From contig NC_135655.1 of the NCBI RefSeq assembly GCF_964188315.1, positions 113,708,001 through 113,772,000 on the forward strand: a stretch of 64,000 nt of DNA. Direction: 5' to 3'. How positions within the stretch are numbered: the stretch's first letter is position 1; each line of letters begins with the position of its first letter. Shown here in pieces: positions 22,888-34,967 of the stretch. The DNA comes from Podarcis muralis. Its lineage: Eukaryota. The translations under genes and the position numbers were made by a program. Below the pieces are notes generated by a model that worked only from the letters and a program-made list of their open reading frames with translations, did no database searches and had not been told where the DNA came from.

Positions 22888-23569
22888 CTTTAGAGAAAGA
22901 GTAGGATAAAAGTTAAATAAAAAAAATATATTAATGAGTTTTCTCTGACTTCCACACCCTAATAGGTGACCTGGTCTCAGCTTAAATCTTTCACAAGCAC
23001 CACTTGATATGGAAATTTCCCCTTTTTGTCTTATTTCAATAAATTAATTTCACATTTAATCATTTTACATTGTCTTACCATACATTATTATTTTTTTGTG
23101 TCTTGCTTTCCATACATGAAGGCAGTGCTGGTTTGATTGGCTGCATTTTTCATTCAAATAGGAACACAAATTAAAATGCCTGTCTTTCACATCAGTTGGA
23201 AGTACTTAGTACAGTCTAGATAAATTAGCTTAAGTGCAGCAATAATTCGGGAAATTAAAGGCCAAAAATGTTACAGGTCTTAAGTAGCAATCTCATTACA
23301 AACATGGGAAATGAATAAAGGCTGCAAAGTTGCTCTTAGAATGATTTTGCCATAATTTTAAATGTTGCTTAGTTTTTATATCCTGTGACAAATGGACGCT
23401 TCTCTTTTCTTCTTTATAGTTGTGTTATTACTAGGCATATTTTCCATAAAACACCGACGTTATATAATTGTGCCGTAACTGAAGTTTAAATCTTGCATAC
23501 ATTTTCATCAAGAAAAGTTAACCCAGTAGACATTTCCCTACCTAAATCAAATCTCTTAACATATTAAAA

Positions 23570-23830
23570 ATGGATCCATAGAGGGTCCAAGAAATTACAG
23601 GCCAGTTAGCTTAACTGGGGAAACAGTTGGAATACATGATTAAAGACAGAACCACCAAAGATAGATCAAAGGAAGGAAAGGTTAGTTGCATGAGTTGCCT
23701 TCCACTTGTGCAGTACTTGATGCAATCCAATGAGCCCTCTGAGAGTGCCTTTTCTTATCAACGCCCCCCCCCCCCAAAAAAAAATTATGGAGCTGATATT
23801 GCTCTTTCTTCACAACTTGCTGTTGGATAA
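23570..23830 (+). mobile_element. Decayed CR1 reverse-transcriptase fragment
   Basis: aaaaatggatccatagagggtccaagaaattacaggccagttagcttaact translates as KNGSIEGPRNYRPVSLT, matching the CR1 'PGNYRPVSLT' motif. Confidence 0.5.
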
Positions 23831-24135
23831 TTCAAAAGAGGTACCTTAGAGTAGAGGTTTGCAGAAATTGTGTCCTCATCACGGAGGGTATGTGTTGTGG
23901 TGAAATAATCAAGATTGACCTCACCGTTTGTGTGGGTGGGATCATTTGGATAGCCACAACAACCCGATTGGCTCCCTCAGTTGCCGGGGCAATTCTGGCC
24001 AATGGGGTTCAGAGAATTTGCAGCCAGGGGACCTATTTATACCGCTTCACATTGCGTCAAGCTTCCTCAAAGCGCCTCGTGCATTGGATCACCCGCCCAC
24101 CTTACCTATATTTAGGGTCTTGCTATGACCTTGCT

Positions 24136-24383
24136 CTCCTGCCAACCTAGCAGTTCGAAAGCACGTCAAAGTGCAAGTAGATAAATAGGTACCGCTCCGG
24201 CGGGAAGGTAAACGGTGTTTCCGTGCGCTGCTCTGGTTCGCCAGAAGCGGCTTAGTCATGCTGGCGACATGACCCAGAAGCTGTATACCGGCTCCCTTGG
24301 CCGATAAAGTGAGATGAGCGCCGCAACCCTAGAGTCGGCCACGACTGGACCTAATTGTCAGGGGTCCCTTTACCTTTACCTTT
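24136..24383 (+). mobile_element. Sauria SINE, 5'-truncated
   Basis: Body and ggggtccctttacctttacc tail, short flanking repeat ccttgct. Confidence 0.88.
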
Positions 24384-24572
24384 GTGCCCTTGCTAAGCCG
24401 TCGTGGGTCGTCTGCTTTTGGGGCAGGGGCCCGGTAGGAATTTTCCCATTTGGCTGATTGGCTGGTGCCACTTGGATTTCGCCTGCCGCATAGCAAATTG
24501 TCACAACTTTGTAAGGTTAGGCGTTGGTTCAAGGTGTGGTGGAGGGGAGGTTGTCACACCTGCCCCTCCCAA

Positions 24573-25182
24573 TGTGCGATAGGGTATTCCATTAAAGGAA
24601 TCCAGGTGCTCGCCATCCTTTTGTCCGATCCCCTTCCAGGGGTTAGGGCAGGGGTCAGCAAACTTTTTCAGCCGTGGGCTGGTCCACCGTCCCTCAGACC
24701 ATGTGGTGGGCTGAACTATATTTTGGAGAGAGAAAAAAATGAATGAATTCCTGTGCCCCACAAATAACCCAGAGATGCATTTTAAATAAAGGACACATTC
24801 TACTCATGTAAAAATACGCTGATTCCCAACCTCTCCGCGGGACGGATTGAGCAGGCGATTGGACCGCATCCAGCCCACGGGCCTTAGGTTGCCTTCCCCT
24901 GGGTTAGGGCCACACCAGAGCACCTGGGAGCATTTTAGGGTGAGGGTACGTCTGTGGGAGGACCAATGTTCCCCCAGTATGTTTACCCTTACTGACTTCT
25001 GCCGGTGTCCAGTTGTCAGTGCTGCTCTGCTGGAGGTGTAGGTGCAGCTAGTCGAACCAGTGCCTAAGCAAACCACTCACATTCTGTAATCAATAAAGTT
25101 GTGGCCAAAATTATGCCAATAACCTTAAACTAATATTGGTGTCAACTGTGTCTTTCTTTGGGAGGTCTTGGGGGTCTTCACA
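24573..25182 (+). mobile_element. Probable solo LTR interrupted by a hAT element
   Basis: TGTG...CACA termini, 5-bp flanks cccaa / cgcaa (one mismatch), AATAAA at 25092-25097. About 349 bp once the hAT insert and one TSD are removed. Confidence 0.55.
24649..24901. mobile_element. hAT (Charlie-like) non-autonomous element
   Basis: Termini caggggtcagcaaac / ggttgccttcccctg, perfect 8-bp TSD ggttaggg (24641-24648, 24902-24909). Confidence 0.85.
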
Positions 25183-26178
25183 CGCAAGATAGTAGACGGT
25201 TGTATTCCTTAATGTGTACAGTAACTCGGATATAAATTTGAATGTTTATATGCGGATCATCCCAGAGTATGGTTCATGGGAGGAACTGGCTCCACTTCTT
25301 GAGCCAGGACTTCAGTGTGCATCGGCTCTTGCTCCCGTTTTGCGCTGGTGGACCTTGGGGTTCTAGTTAAAAACAAAGTGGACTCCACATGCCCACGTTG
25401 CCCATGCTTGCCCTCGAGACAGACAGTTTGGAGTTTTGTAAGTGATATCACTCTCTACTTCTGGATATACAATGCCTTCTCTCATCATCTACCAAATACA
25501 GTAAATTCTTTGGTTTCTGCTCCTCCCTGCGGACTCACAGCTTTTATGATTGCTTGTAGACATGGATCAATAATTTAGAAAGCCCTAATAATCGTAGCAC
25601 GTCTTTCCTTTTTGCAATTAGCTCCTGTGTGCATTTTGGTTCTTCTGTAACAAAGAGCATGACATAATCAACTTTTTAGTACCACTGCTGAAATTGACTT
25701 CCAGTCAGTAATTCAAATGCAATAAAGGAACAGCTGTGAATGTAATGGCTTGATAAAATGCTCTTCTGCTTTATATTTAGGATATTTCTTTTCGCACAAC
25801 CATATGACACCTACTCTGGGCTAATTGCATTGTAATCCACTTCATTACCTGGGTTATGAAGGCAGAAGATGAGCTATTTTGTAAGCATTATTTTACCTAG
25901 TACTGAACACTCTTTATGTGTTGGGATCATTTGTACCAGCAGAGATTTGTTTGAGAGTACTGCGTATATTGGAGGAAGTTTTCAGCACCATCCTGAGTAG
26001 CATTATTAAAAACCATTTATCTTAGGCTTTTGGTTTGTTTGTTTTTTTAAGATCAAGCATAAGTAACTTAAGGGAGAACTTGTCTGTGAACACAATATAG
26101 CCTTTGTAGAAACAACTAACATTAAGTATCCTCCTGAGGCACAAATAAGATCTAATATATAAGAACTTCCAATATAAT

Positions 26179-26182
<4 letters not shown>

Positions 26183-26218
<36 letters not shown>
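26183..26218. repeat. (TG)18 microsatellite
   Basis: Perfect dinucleotide run. Confidence 0.95.
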
Positions 26219-26222
<4 letters not shown>

Positions 26223-27274
26223 GGAGAAGGAGGGAGGAACCACACCAAATCACCTCAAACTGAGAATCACAATCTGGAAATGTTAATCCAAACTTGTAAT
26301 AAAGGTGTTGCCTTTAAGAGAAACAATAAAATATGTGAAGTTGAGATTTAAATGACCCAATATACATATATTAATGGCGCCCTTTATTGACTAGAAGCAT
26401 AGCAGTGTAATCCTATATATGGCTACTCAAAAGTACTTCATACTGAGTTCATTGGGACTTACACCCAGGTAAAAATGTATAGAGTTACAGTCGAACATTG
26501 CTTTGCTCTATAAATACCCAAAAAGTTAAATTGTGCATTATGGGTGCCTTCAACCGTAAGAATTTTACGAGAGTGATTCAGTCGCCTGTCAGAACTTTTG
26601 GTTTCCACATTGAAAGTGAATTAAAGTTCTTTGTCACCCTAGTAAAAGAACTCCATTAAAAAAAGAAAACAAAACTGAACTTTTTGCTGTTTAAGATGGG
26701 GGAGCACATTAATAAGTCTGGGATGAAGATATGACTAATGGAATGATGTGTAAACACCATGCAAGCAAATTAAGATGATTACTTATTATCGTATAACTTG
26801 GGGATCTTTCCAGCTGTGTGATTCTGATTCTATGAAATATTTTTAAATGCATGTTTGATAGCTATAGTATAAATACTCGTTAGTACCATTTGTTCGATTT
26901 GGAGGCAGGCTCCTAAATCTTCCTAGTTGTACCTGAGTGAGCAGAATAGTGAGAAACATCTGCTAGCCAGGAGAAATTATAGGGATCAGTAAGACAAAGT
27001 GGAAGTCCAAATTACATGATTATTTTGAATCAAGACCCTTGATACTGATGGCTGGTTTCATTGGATCTCTTTTCAAAAAAAGTGGCAGAATAGTTTTGAA
27101 TTGTAGAGTTGGAAGGGAATATTCATACTTTCCCACTTTTACTTTATATGAACACATGCCTTAATAAAATATATTTCTGTGTGGACTGGTAGATGAACAT
27201 TTTTTAAAAGACACGGTTATGTATACCAGTAATTTGAGGTGTGTGCCTGTGGGATACTGAAAGAACAAGTAACT

Positions 27275-28075
27275 GAGAATCAAAGAATTATGTTTGGAAG
27301 GGAACCTGAGGGCCACCTAGTCCAATCTTCTGCAGTGCTGGACTTTCAACTAAAGCATCCCTGACAGATGACCATCCAATCTCTGCTTAAAAACATCCCA
27401 TGAAGGAGAGTCCCCCACCTTCTGAGGGAGACCGCTCTACTGTCAAATAGCTTACCATCAGAAAGTTCTTCCTGACGTTTAGTTGGAATCTCCTTTCTTG
27501 TAGCTTGAATCCATTGGTTTGAGTACTACCCTCTGGAGAAGGAGAAAACAAGCTTGCTCCATTGTCCATGTGACTGTCAGGAGCTCAGCCTACACTCAAG
27601 TAGGACCCTGGCAGAGACACATGCCCAACTGGCATGTTCTCTCCCTCCTGGTCGATCGTTCAGGAGCTTCAAAAGCTTTCTTCAGCCTGAACATCACAGC
27701 GGCCGATGCCAACAGACATCGGCACACTTAGGGATCCCCAGAGTCTGCGCAGTTTGCGTGACAGACCTCAGCAACTCAGCATTTTGGCTAATCTACTTTA
27801 TTTACATATAAACACACACAGAGCATGCATCATGGCTCCCTCTCTATCATCAGACAGCAAAGAGAAAAAGAACAAAGGACAATAGTCCCACTTTACGGAA
27901 CACAGTAACACAAACATTCTGTCTCCGTCACTTCCCACTATGTGGAGTCAAAACATATACCGTCATGTGAAAGACAACAATCCCATGACTGCAGTCATGG
28001 AACAGGAATTCTAACAGTGACACCCCTTTAGATAGACCTCCTCTTATCCAGGCTAAACTTATTTGAATGTGTACT
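27275..28075 (-). mobile_element. CR1 LINE 3' end interrupted by a solo LTR
   Basis: Antisense of the CR1 3' sequence also present at 51600-51960 (ttggaaggg..ccatccaatctctgcttaaaaacatc..agaaagttcttcctg..aaaacaagcttgctcc). Resumes after the LTR with ctcctcttatccaggctaaac. Confidence 0.8.
27575..28016 (-). mobile_element. Solo LTR (442 bp)
   Basis: TGTCAG...CTAACA inverted termini, perfect 5-bp TSD gtgac (27570-27574, 28017-28021), AATAAA on the minus strand near 27797-27802. Confidence 0.85.
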
Positions 28076-29222
28076 CCCTGGTGTAGTTCATTGTATTTTC
28101 ACATGTTATCTTCTGTGGAAAGTAGAAGTGCACATTATCCATCCAGCATTATGTTGGCAGGCATGTTTCCAGGAGATTGCCGTGACACTGTTTTGCTTAA
28201 TTTTTTACTATTAATATTCTACAATATTGTGTTGCATTTTCCACTCCCTTAAAACACTTTTTTTACTATAAGAAAGGAGGCAAGACAACTGGCATAGCTA
28301 TGTAATTACACTATTGGTAGATGTATTCTTCTTGAAAGAAAGAAAAAAAATAATATCGTGAGAGAGAAATTATGTAATTTATGAAGAAGCTGTATGTGTT
28401 TTACAACTTACATATATAAAAGGGTGTATATATGCTGAGACTTAGAAATATTTCTTTAAGGGTTCCTCTTTTTTATTATAAGGACTGTTCAAAGTACATT
28501 TAAAAGTTAATTTCAAAGGGGAAATGTTTGCTTTAAAAAAATGGTAGTTTATAAAACAAGACAACCCGATACAAGACAGCCTTGGCAAAAGTGATATAAC
28601 AGGAATACACAAAGAGAAAAGATTCTGGGGGAAAGTATGCATTTATTCTCTTCGTTTAGGTGGCAAAAGTGAAGCCAAGGTCCTTTGGGACCTTCTTTAT
28701 ATCTCCTGTAAAGAAAAGAAGTTTTGATTAGGTAACATAGTTCTTTTATCTTCCATAAGTAAACCTCTACCAGTGTGAGGAATCCAATTAGAGACTACTG
28801 TAGAGACATAAATTGATCCAGTCAAGAGAGAAATATTGAATGCCTTAAATTTTTTGAAGTATGAAATGGACTGGAGGCAAATAGTCAAGGATGTAGGAAT
28901 GTTCTAGATTTAGATGAAGTGAGCAAAATACCAAGGGACCGGCGTAAGAAAATATTTTGATACTCTGCTGTGCTTTTTGTTGTTGTTATTAAAAAAATCC
29001 ATATCTGTTTTGACAATAACCATACAACAAATTGGATTTCTGGGATTTACATTTTCTTGAGACCCTTAAACCTTTGATTTAGGTGATGCTGTGTGGTTTT
29101 GTTTAGATATAATGCTTGTGTTGTTGCACAATTTATAATCAACACAAGATATCCATGATAAAATTCTAGCATACATGTGTGGATCTTTCAGGGGCTTAAG
29201 CTCCCATCTTGCTGTAGTAGTA

Positions 29223-29224
<2 letters not shown>

Positions 29225-29259
<35 letters not shown>

Positions 29260-30046
29260 CTTTTATTTATATCCCACCCTCCCCAGCCGAAGTCATGTTC
29301 AGGGCAGCTAACATCAGATACATAACATTGGTATAAAATCAAACAATAATTAAATTACCTCCTAAAAACATGTCAAAATCAAATTAAAGTCTAATTAGAT
29401 GACTTTCCGCAGGGTAAGGGTTGGGAACAGTAAGTGTTCATCGGCCCAACTGTTTACGTTGATCTTATATGGGCCTGTGAGAATGCTGGGAGGCCTCTTT
29501 CATATTAGTTCTTATACAAAAAGGAAAGGGGAGTCAGACTGAACCCCGACTAAAGGCCTGGCGGAACAACTCTGTCTTTGCAGGCCCTGCGGAAACATGT
29601 CAAATCCCGCAGGGCCCTAGTCTCTTGTGACAGAGCGTTCCACCAGGCCGGGGCCAAGGTTGAAAAGGCCCTGGCCCTGGTCGAAGCCAGCCTAATCTCT
29701 CTGAGGCCCGTGATCTCCAAGGTGTTATTATTTGCAGACCATAAAGTCCTCTGTGGGGTGTACCAGGAGAGGCGGTCCCGTAGGTATGAGGGTCCTAGGC
29801 CGTATAGGGGTTAAAACCAGCACCTTAAACTTGATCCTGTACTCCACCGGGAGCCAGTGCAGCTGGTATAGCACTGGATGAATGTGATCCTGCGGCGAAG
29901 ACCCCGTAAGGAGTCTCGCCACAGCATTCTGCACCCACTGGAGTTTCTGGGTCAGTCTCAAGGGCAGCCCCACGTAGAGTGAGTTACAGTAATCAAGCCT
30001 GGAGGTGACCGTTGCTTGGATCACAGTGGCAAGATCAGGGCGAGAG
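29225..30046 (-). mobile_element. L2 LINE 3' portion with (AAT)n tail
   Basis: Minus-strand ORF remnant IQATVTSRLDYCNSLYVGLPLRLTQKLQWVQNAVARLLTG...HIHPVLYQLHWLPVEYRIKFKVLVL (L2 ORF2 C-terminus), ending in an (AAT)n/(AGT)n tract. Confidence 0.9.
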
Positions 30047-30807
30047 ATAATAGGCTGGGATGGTTGTGTAAGAATAGTTCAATTATTGCTCTCTACTATG
30101 TATTTGAAAAAAATTGTTTGAACTCACATCTAGCAAAACCCAGAGCTAGCACCCAGGGTGCACATATGATGTAGGAGTGGTTTGACATTAATGATGGCAC
30201 CAGTGCTGATAAATGCTTCACAGAGCAGAGATGTGCGCTGCCACTTCCAGCTCTTGTGAGGTTGACGACGGGCAGTTAGCTTATGGGCTCAAAGTGCAGA
30301 GGAGGCACTTCTGAAACACTTAGATCCTAAGAATTTACTGATGTGACCTTTGACTCACTTCTTAGGCAATGCAAGATTCAAGTAAAATTGAACAGGTGGA
30401 TTTTTTGATCAGTTGCAACTAATGTGTATATTTTAAAAAGTGCTATTTCAAGTCTCCTAGTGGATTTATAGGCATTCTATCTGAATAATCCAAACCGGAG
30501 GGAAATATACTTAACCCTAAGAAGCAAAGAAAAAACCAGGAACACGTGGGGGGAGGGAAATAACATTTGTATAAGTACAATATACAGAAATGCAATACGT
30601 GACTATGTTTATGATTGTTACCTCATGCACTACAAAAGCATGCTCAAAGTTAAGGTTTAGCAAAGGCCAGATAGATGGAATCAATCACTATCAAGTTTGG
30701 TGAGTTCAACCTGGGAAAAGTTTGATGGTCAGCACTGCAATAGATTGAATGCAGAAAAGCATTCTGTTGTAAGTCCCAATTATAACCTTTTCTTTCTGTT
30801 TGGGTAG

Positions 30808-30966
30808 GATCGCCGCTTTAATGACGAGATTGACAAACTAACTGGATACAAGACCAAGTCATTGCTTTGCATGCCCATAAGAAACAGTGAGGGTGAAATT
30901 CTTGGCGTTGCCCAAGCGATAAATAAAACACCTGGAGGTGCTCCTTTCACCGATGATGATGAAAAA
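30808..30966 (+). CDS. PDE11A: PDE11A coding exon 2 (GAF-A C-terminal half)
   Basis: Acceptor ttttctttctgtttgggtAG. Reads [53 protein letters not shown] (53 codons, includes the GAF NK..F..DE motif). Donor AAA|GTAAGA. Confidence 0.97.
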
Positions 30967-32361
30967 GTAAGATATTTTTTCCTTTTTGCTTGGCAGTATG
31001 GATAACATCTTACATAGCTGTTTTCTCAGATGTGTATTAAGGTTTGCATCTTGATTCCCATAAAGCAAATGCATCGTTCTATTTGTAATCAAGTATTATT
31101 TTTTTGTATTGTTCAGGTGACCTGCCTTTATTCCACATATCTTTAAGAATCAGTACATTTATTAAGTAATCTGTCTCCCTCTGCTCTGTATTTTGTAAAA
31201 CTCTTGGTGAAGTTGTTATTCCATATTTTGAGATAAAGCTCACAATACAATTATCACTAAAACCGCAGTGACTTCTTCGGCATTTCCTTCTTATACGAGG
31301 CAATATATTCAACCATTTATTTGTTGTATTTGCTATATTGTCATCACTGGAAAGCTTTCGATTGGTGGCTATCATTTTGCAAGACTTCTAGGCTGCCCAG
31401 TTTTTGTTTTTGTTTTGTTTTTAAAAGATACCTGCCTTATGATGACCTTTTTCTCTTCAGGGACAACTTTAGCCTCATCACTGCCTAAGGTGAGTCACAA
31501 ATGTCAATGTATTGAGTGGCTGGCTCAGTCTCTACAGGGAGGTGCCATTTTCCCCATTTTCATCTGCAGGCAGAGTATTTTCTCACCAATCTGTATGCAA
31601 CACAGAACACACGGCAACTAGAGATGCTCATTTCCCAAGCCATTTAATGTGGTGAATGCGTAACCATATAGGCGACATCTGCCTAAACGCAAAGGAGAAT
31701 TTCACATTTTCTGGAAATGCTTTATGTTTGTCCCTATGGGTGTTGGTAAAACTCTTGCCATATTGATGGATGCTAAGTATGCCTACTTTGATAAGTGGTC
31801 ATTTGTATTCAGCTTCAGCTATGCTACTGAAGTGATCAGACTGAATTAATTGAAATCATTAACAACACGCATGTCTTTTCCCCCTACTCTTTTGGTTAAA
31901 TATTCCCTACCCATTACACTTGACTGCATCCAAAACAGAGGCAGCAGTAGGCTCAGCACCAGTCTGGATTTTTAAAATCCTGCTTTGAAATGTAATATCG
32001 TCTGGTACAAGGGCTCAGGCACCAGATGTTTGGCTTCAATTTCAACTGTGTGTAAAGTTATCTTATATTTTGGCCATTGCTATAATCTCTAAATTTCAAA
32101 AGGTAAGTACAATTACAGGGGGAAATGAAGTTTAACGGTTTGTTGTTGATTTATGGTCAAGTACAACTTGTTTCTTCTAATCCATTTACACTTTCAACTG
32201 GCAAAATCTATTTTCTAAATTCTCAGTATATTTCCATTTCTTCCAGCAGAGCCAGAATGCATCTAATTTTGTGTGCTGATATGTATACTTGAATTAGTTA
32301 ATAAACGTCAGTTGACACACTGCCTGCTCATTAAATTAGCTATCTCTACTTGCCTATTAGA

Positions 32362-32723
32362 GGGACGCGGGTGGCGCTGTGGGTAAAAGCCTCAGCGCCT
32401 AGGGCTTGCCGATCGAAAGGTCGGCGGTTCGAATCCCCGCGGCGGGGTGCGCTCCCGTTGTTCGGTCCCAGCGCCTGCCAACCTAGCAGTTCGAAAGCAC
32501 CCTTGGGTGCAAGTAGATAAATAGGGACCGCTTACTAGCGGGAAGGTAAACGGCGTTTCCGTGTGCGGCTCTGGCTCGCCAGAGCAGCGATGTCACGCTG
32601 GCCACGTGACCCGGAAGTGTCTTCGGACAGCGCTGGCCCCCGGCCTCTTGAGTGAGATGGGCGCACAACCCTAGAGTCTGTCAAGACTGGCCCGTACGGG
32701 CAGGGGTACCTTTACCTTTACCT
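32362..32723 (+). mobile_element. Full-length young Sauria SINE (second subfamily)
   Basis: Head gggacgcgggtggcgctgtggg, box B ggttcgaatcc, tail ggggtacctttacctttacc, 13-bp TSD tacttgcctatta (32347-32359, 32724-32736), CpGs largely intact. Confidence 0.95.
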
Positions 32724-34967
32724 TACTTGCCTATTAATAGCTATACACAGCAATCTGTAATCGCACGTAAGAAAAATCTCTGCAGTTGGTATTTATGACT
32801 AAAGCAGTCTCCTAGCAGACTCCCTTTGCTTGTAGTGTGTGGGTGTGAGGGGGAAGAAATCAGCCTTCATTCTTGTGTCAACAGTGCGGGGTGTGCAAGA
32901 AAGGTGGTGGGAAGCTAATATCTAGAGAATGAGATTATAAAGAGGAGAGAATAAAAGTGATGGATGGAAAATTCAGAGAAAGAATCAAGGTGGAATGGGT
33001 GGTAGGTAAAGGAGAAGAACGGAAGAATAATCGGGAGTCGGGAGTCTGTAATGAGACAAGAGAGAGGACAGTACATAAGTGCAAGATGCTGAAGGGGATA
33101 AAAAGACAAATAGGATTCAATTTAAAGAAAGAAAAAGGAAGGGGGAGGAATAAGAATGTTGAAATGACGTGCACAAGAAAGTATGTGCTTCTGCTAAAAC
33201 CAGGAGAAGGAAAAGGAGAGGGAGAAGGGGAGAAAAAAGGTGAGCCATAGGAAAGTATGGCTGCCCATGAGAGGAAAGCCTTAAAAAATAATAACACACA
33301 TAAAAGGGAAATCAAACATTGTTAGCATTATTGAAGGAATTTATGAAAGGAAACAATGTTATAGAGAAATGTAGTTTTATACATGTGCCGAGTATGTGAA
33401 AGAAATTAAAACCCACTGTAGGTGCAGCTGTGTTCTCCCAGGTGAGCGTTCCCAAGGTGTAACTTCTCTGCTGACAAAGTTTGTAGTGTTGAGGGAAGTG
33501 CTAAATGCTGCCCTCACTGGTATCTGTTAAGGAGTAGAAGCCCATTCCCCCATTGAAATTCTTACACCGATTATCACATGATCAGGTGAGTGAGTGAAAG
33601 TTCAGGCAGGCAGCTAGTTGCCAGCTTCCAAAAAAGGAGCAGACGACTTAAAAATGCAATCCTAGAGGCACTTCAGTAGTTTAACACTGTAGTATTGTTG
33701 CTGGGTGGGTATATTTTTCCTTCATGAATGCATTAATTAGTAAGCCTTTGCAGAATATATACTCATGCTCATGGAGATTGAACAAGTTTCCAGATATTAT
33801 TGGTCAGTTTCCTGACAGTAGAGGATTCCTTGCACCTTTGGAATAAAAGCATATAAAGTAAAAACGCAGCAAACAACAGACACATACTGTTAACTTTGTG
33901 CATTGCTTTAGTCAGAGCAATGAAGAGAGAGCTAAATAGCATGATTAAATAAGGCGAGGGGGCTAGCATATCGATTCATCTGCAAATTAAATTATTGTTT
34001 TTAATTAGAAGTACACAGTGGCAATATGTATGTACTTAGGTCTTAAAAGAAATGCCTTAATAACAAATAAAATATTTAGCAGCGTGCCGTTGTTCAAGTC
34101 CATGCATATAATCACATTAGTTAGTGGTGCTTATAAACTGGTAAACTGCATGTATTTCACAGGTCCAGGTTTTCTGTGTCTCCATTTTTTTGGGTAATCT
34201 AGGGCTCCAATCCTATGTACATAAGTCCCAGTGAACTCAGATTAATATGTAGAAGATTTGATTGCATGACAACCATGCTAAATTACAGCATTAATTACGA
34301 TTGCAAAAGTCACACATAGTGAATGGTTTTCCAGTGTGTGGCTAATTTATTTTACTTTTTTTTTTTTAACCCAGAGAGTTTTTTTTGGGGGGGAATGCAG
34401 TCCAAGGAGATTAATACAGCACAGAAATTACAATTTAGGCTTACATCAACTACGTATAGAATCGTGGGCCAATTCAGTATACGAATACTGTTTATTTACT
34501 TGCATATTGTATGAGCTTGCAGTTATCCGTGTCTGTTAATTTAACAGAGAGCTTTATTCCTAATGTGGAGTCCTGACAGGTGTTTTCTGACATTATGAGT
34601 TATGGATAATAACACCAGCAGGTAATGTTGTCAATACAATAGCCTGTGATCTGTGATGTCTTTTTAACCTTCAGGTTTTTTTTTACTTCTTTGTTTATCT
34701 CTCACACAAAAGCTTGTACAATATGGAGACTTATAGTGCCATTGTAATGGCTGCTGTTCACTTATAAGTAGAGCAGTTTTGGAGCAAACAGCTTAATATG
34801 TATGGCGCAAACACAATTGTTAATCTGCCACAGGGGTTCCAACCGCACTGTCAAGGCTCTACCTTTCAGCCCACTAGAACTCTGTTCTGCCCAACAAATT
34901 CAAACCGCAAAACTCCTTTTAGCTGACTCTGTTCATCCTAAGCTCTGGTACTGCATTCCGAATGGTA

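Noticed and set aside
25781-25880. Possible 100-nt cryptic exon (tttAG ... TTT|GTAAGC) with an early TGA
   Set aside because: The exonic side of the donor is poor and such AG/GT pairs are frequent in a 28-kb intron. There is no further support.
28440-28950. AT-rich stretch suspected to be an antisense L1 ORF2 remnant
   Set aside because: Manual translation gave no convincing L1 motif.
32095-32110. Consensus donor AAG|GTAAGT at 32103 (and CAG|GTAAGC at 22578)
   Set aside because: No well-formed upstream acceptor or promoter evidence to define an exon.
32362-32440. tRNA-gene-like sequence (box A/B, GGTTCGAATCC), also at 61345 and 17000-17078
   Set aside because: These are the tRNA-derived heads of Sauria SINEs. 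They continue into SINE body and tail and have no complete cloverleaf.
32935-33315. 126-aa hydrophobic ORF resembling a membrane protein
   Set aside because: It is the translation of the pyrimidine-rich strand of the purine-skewed tract. The composition bias explains it.
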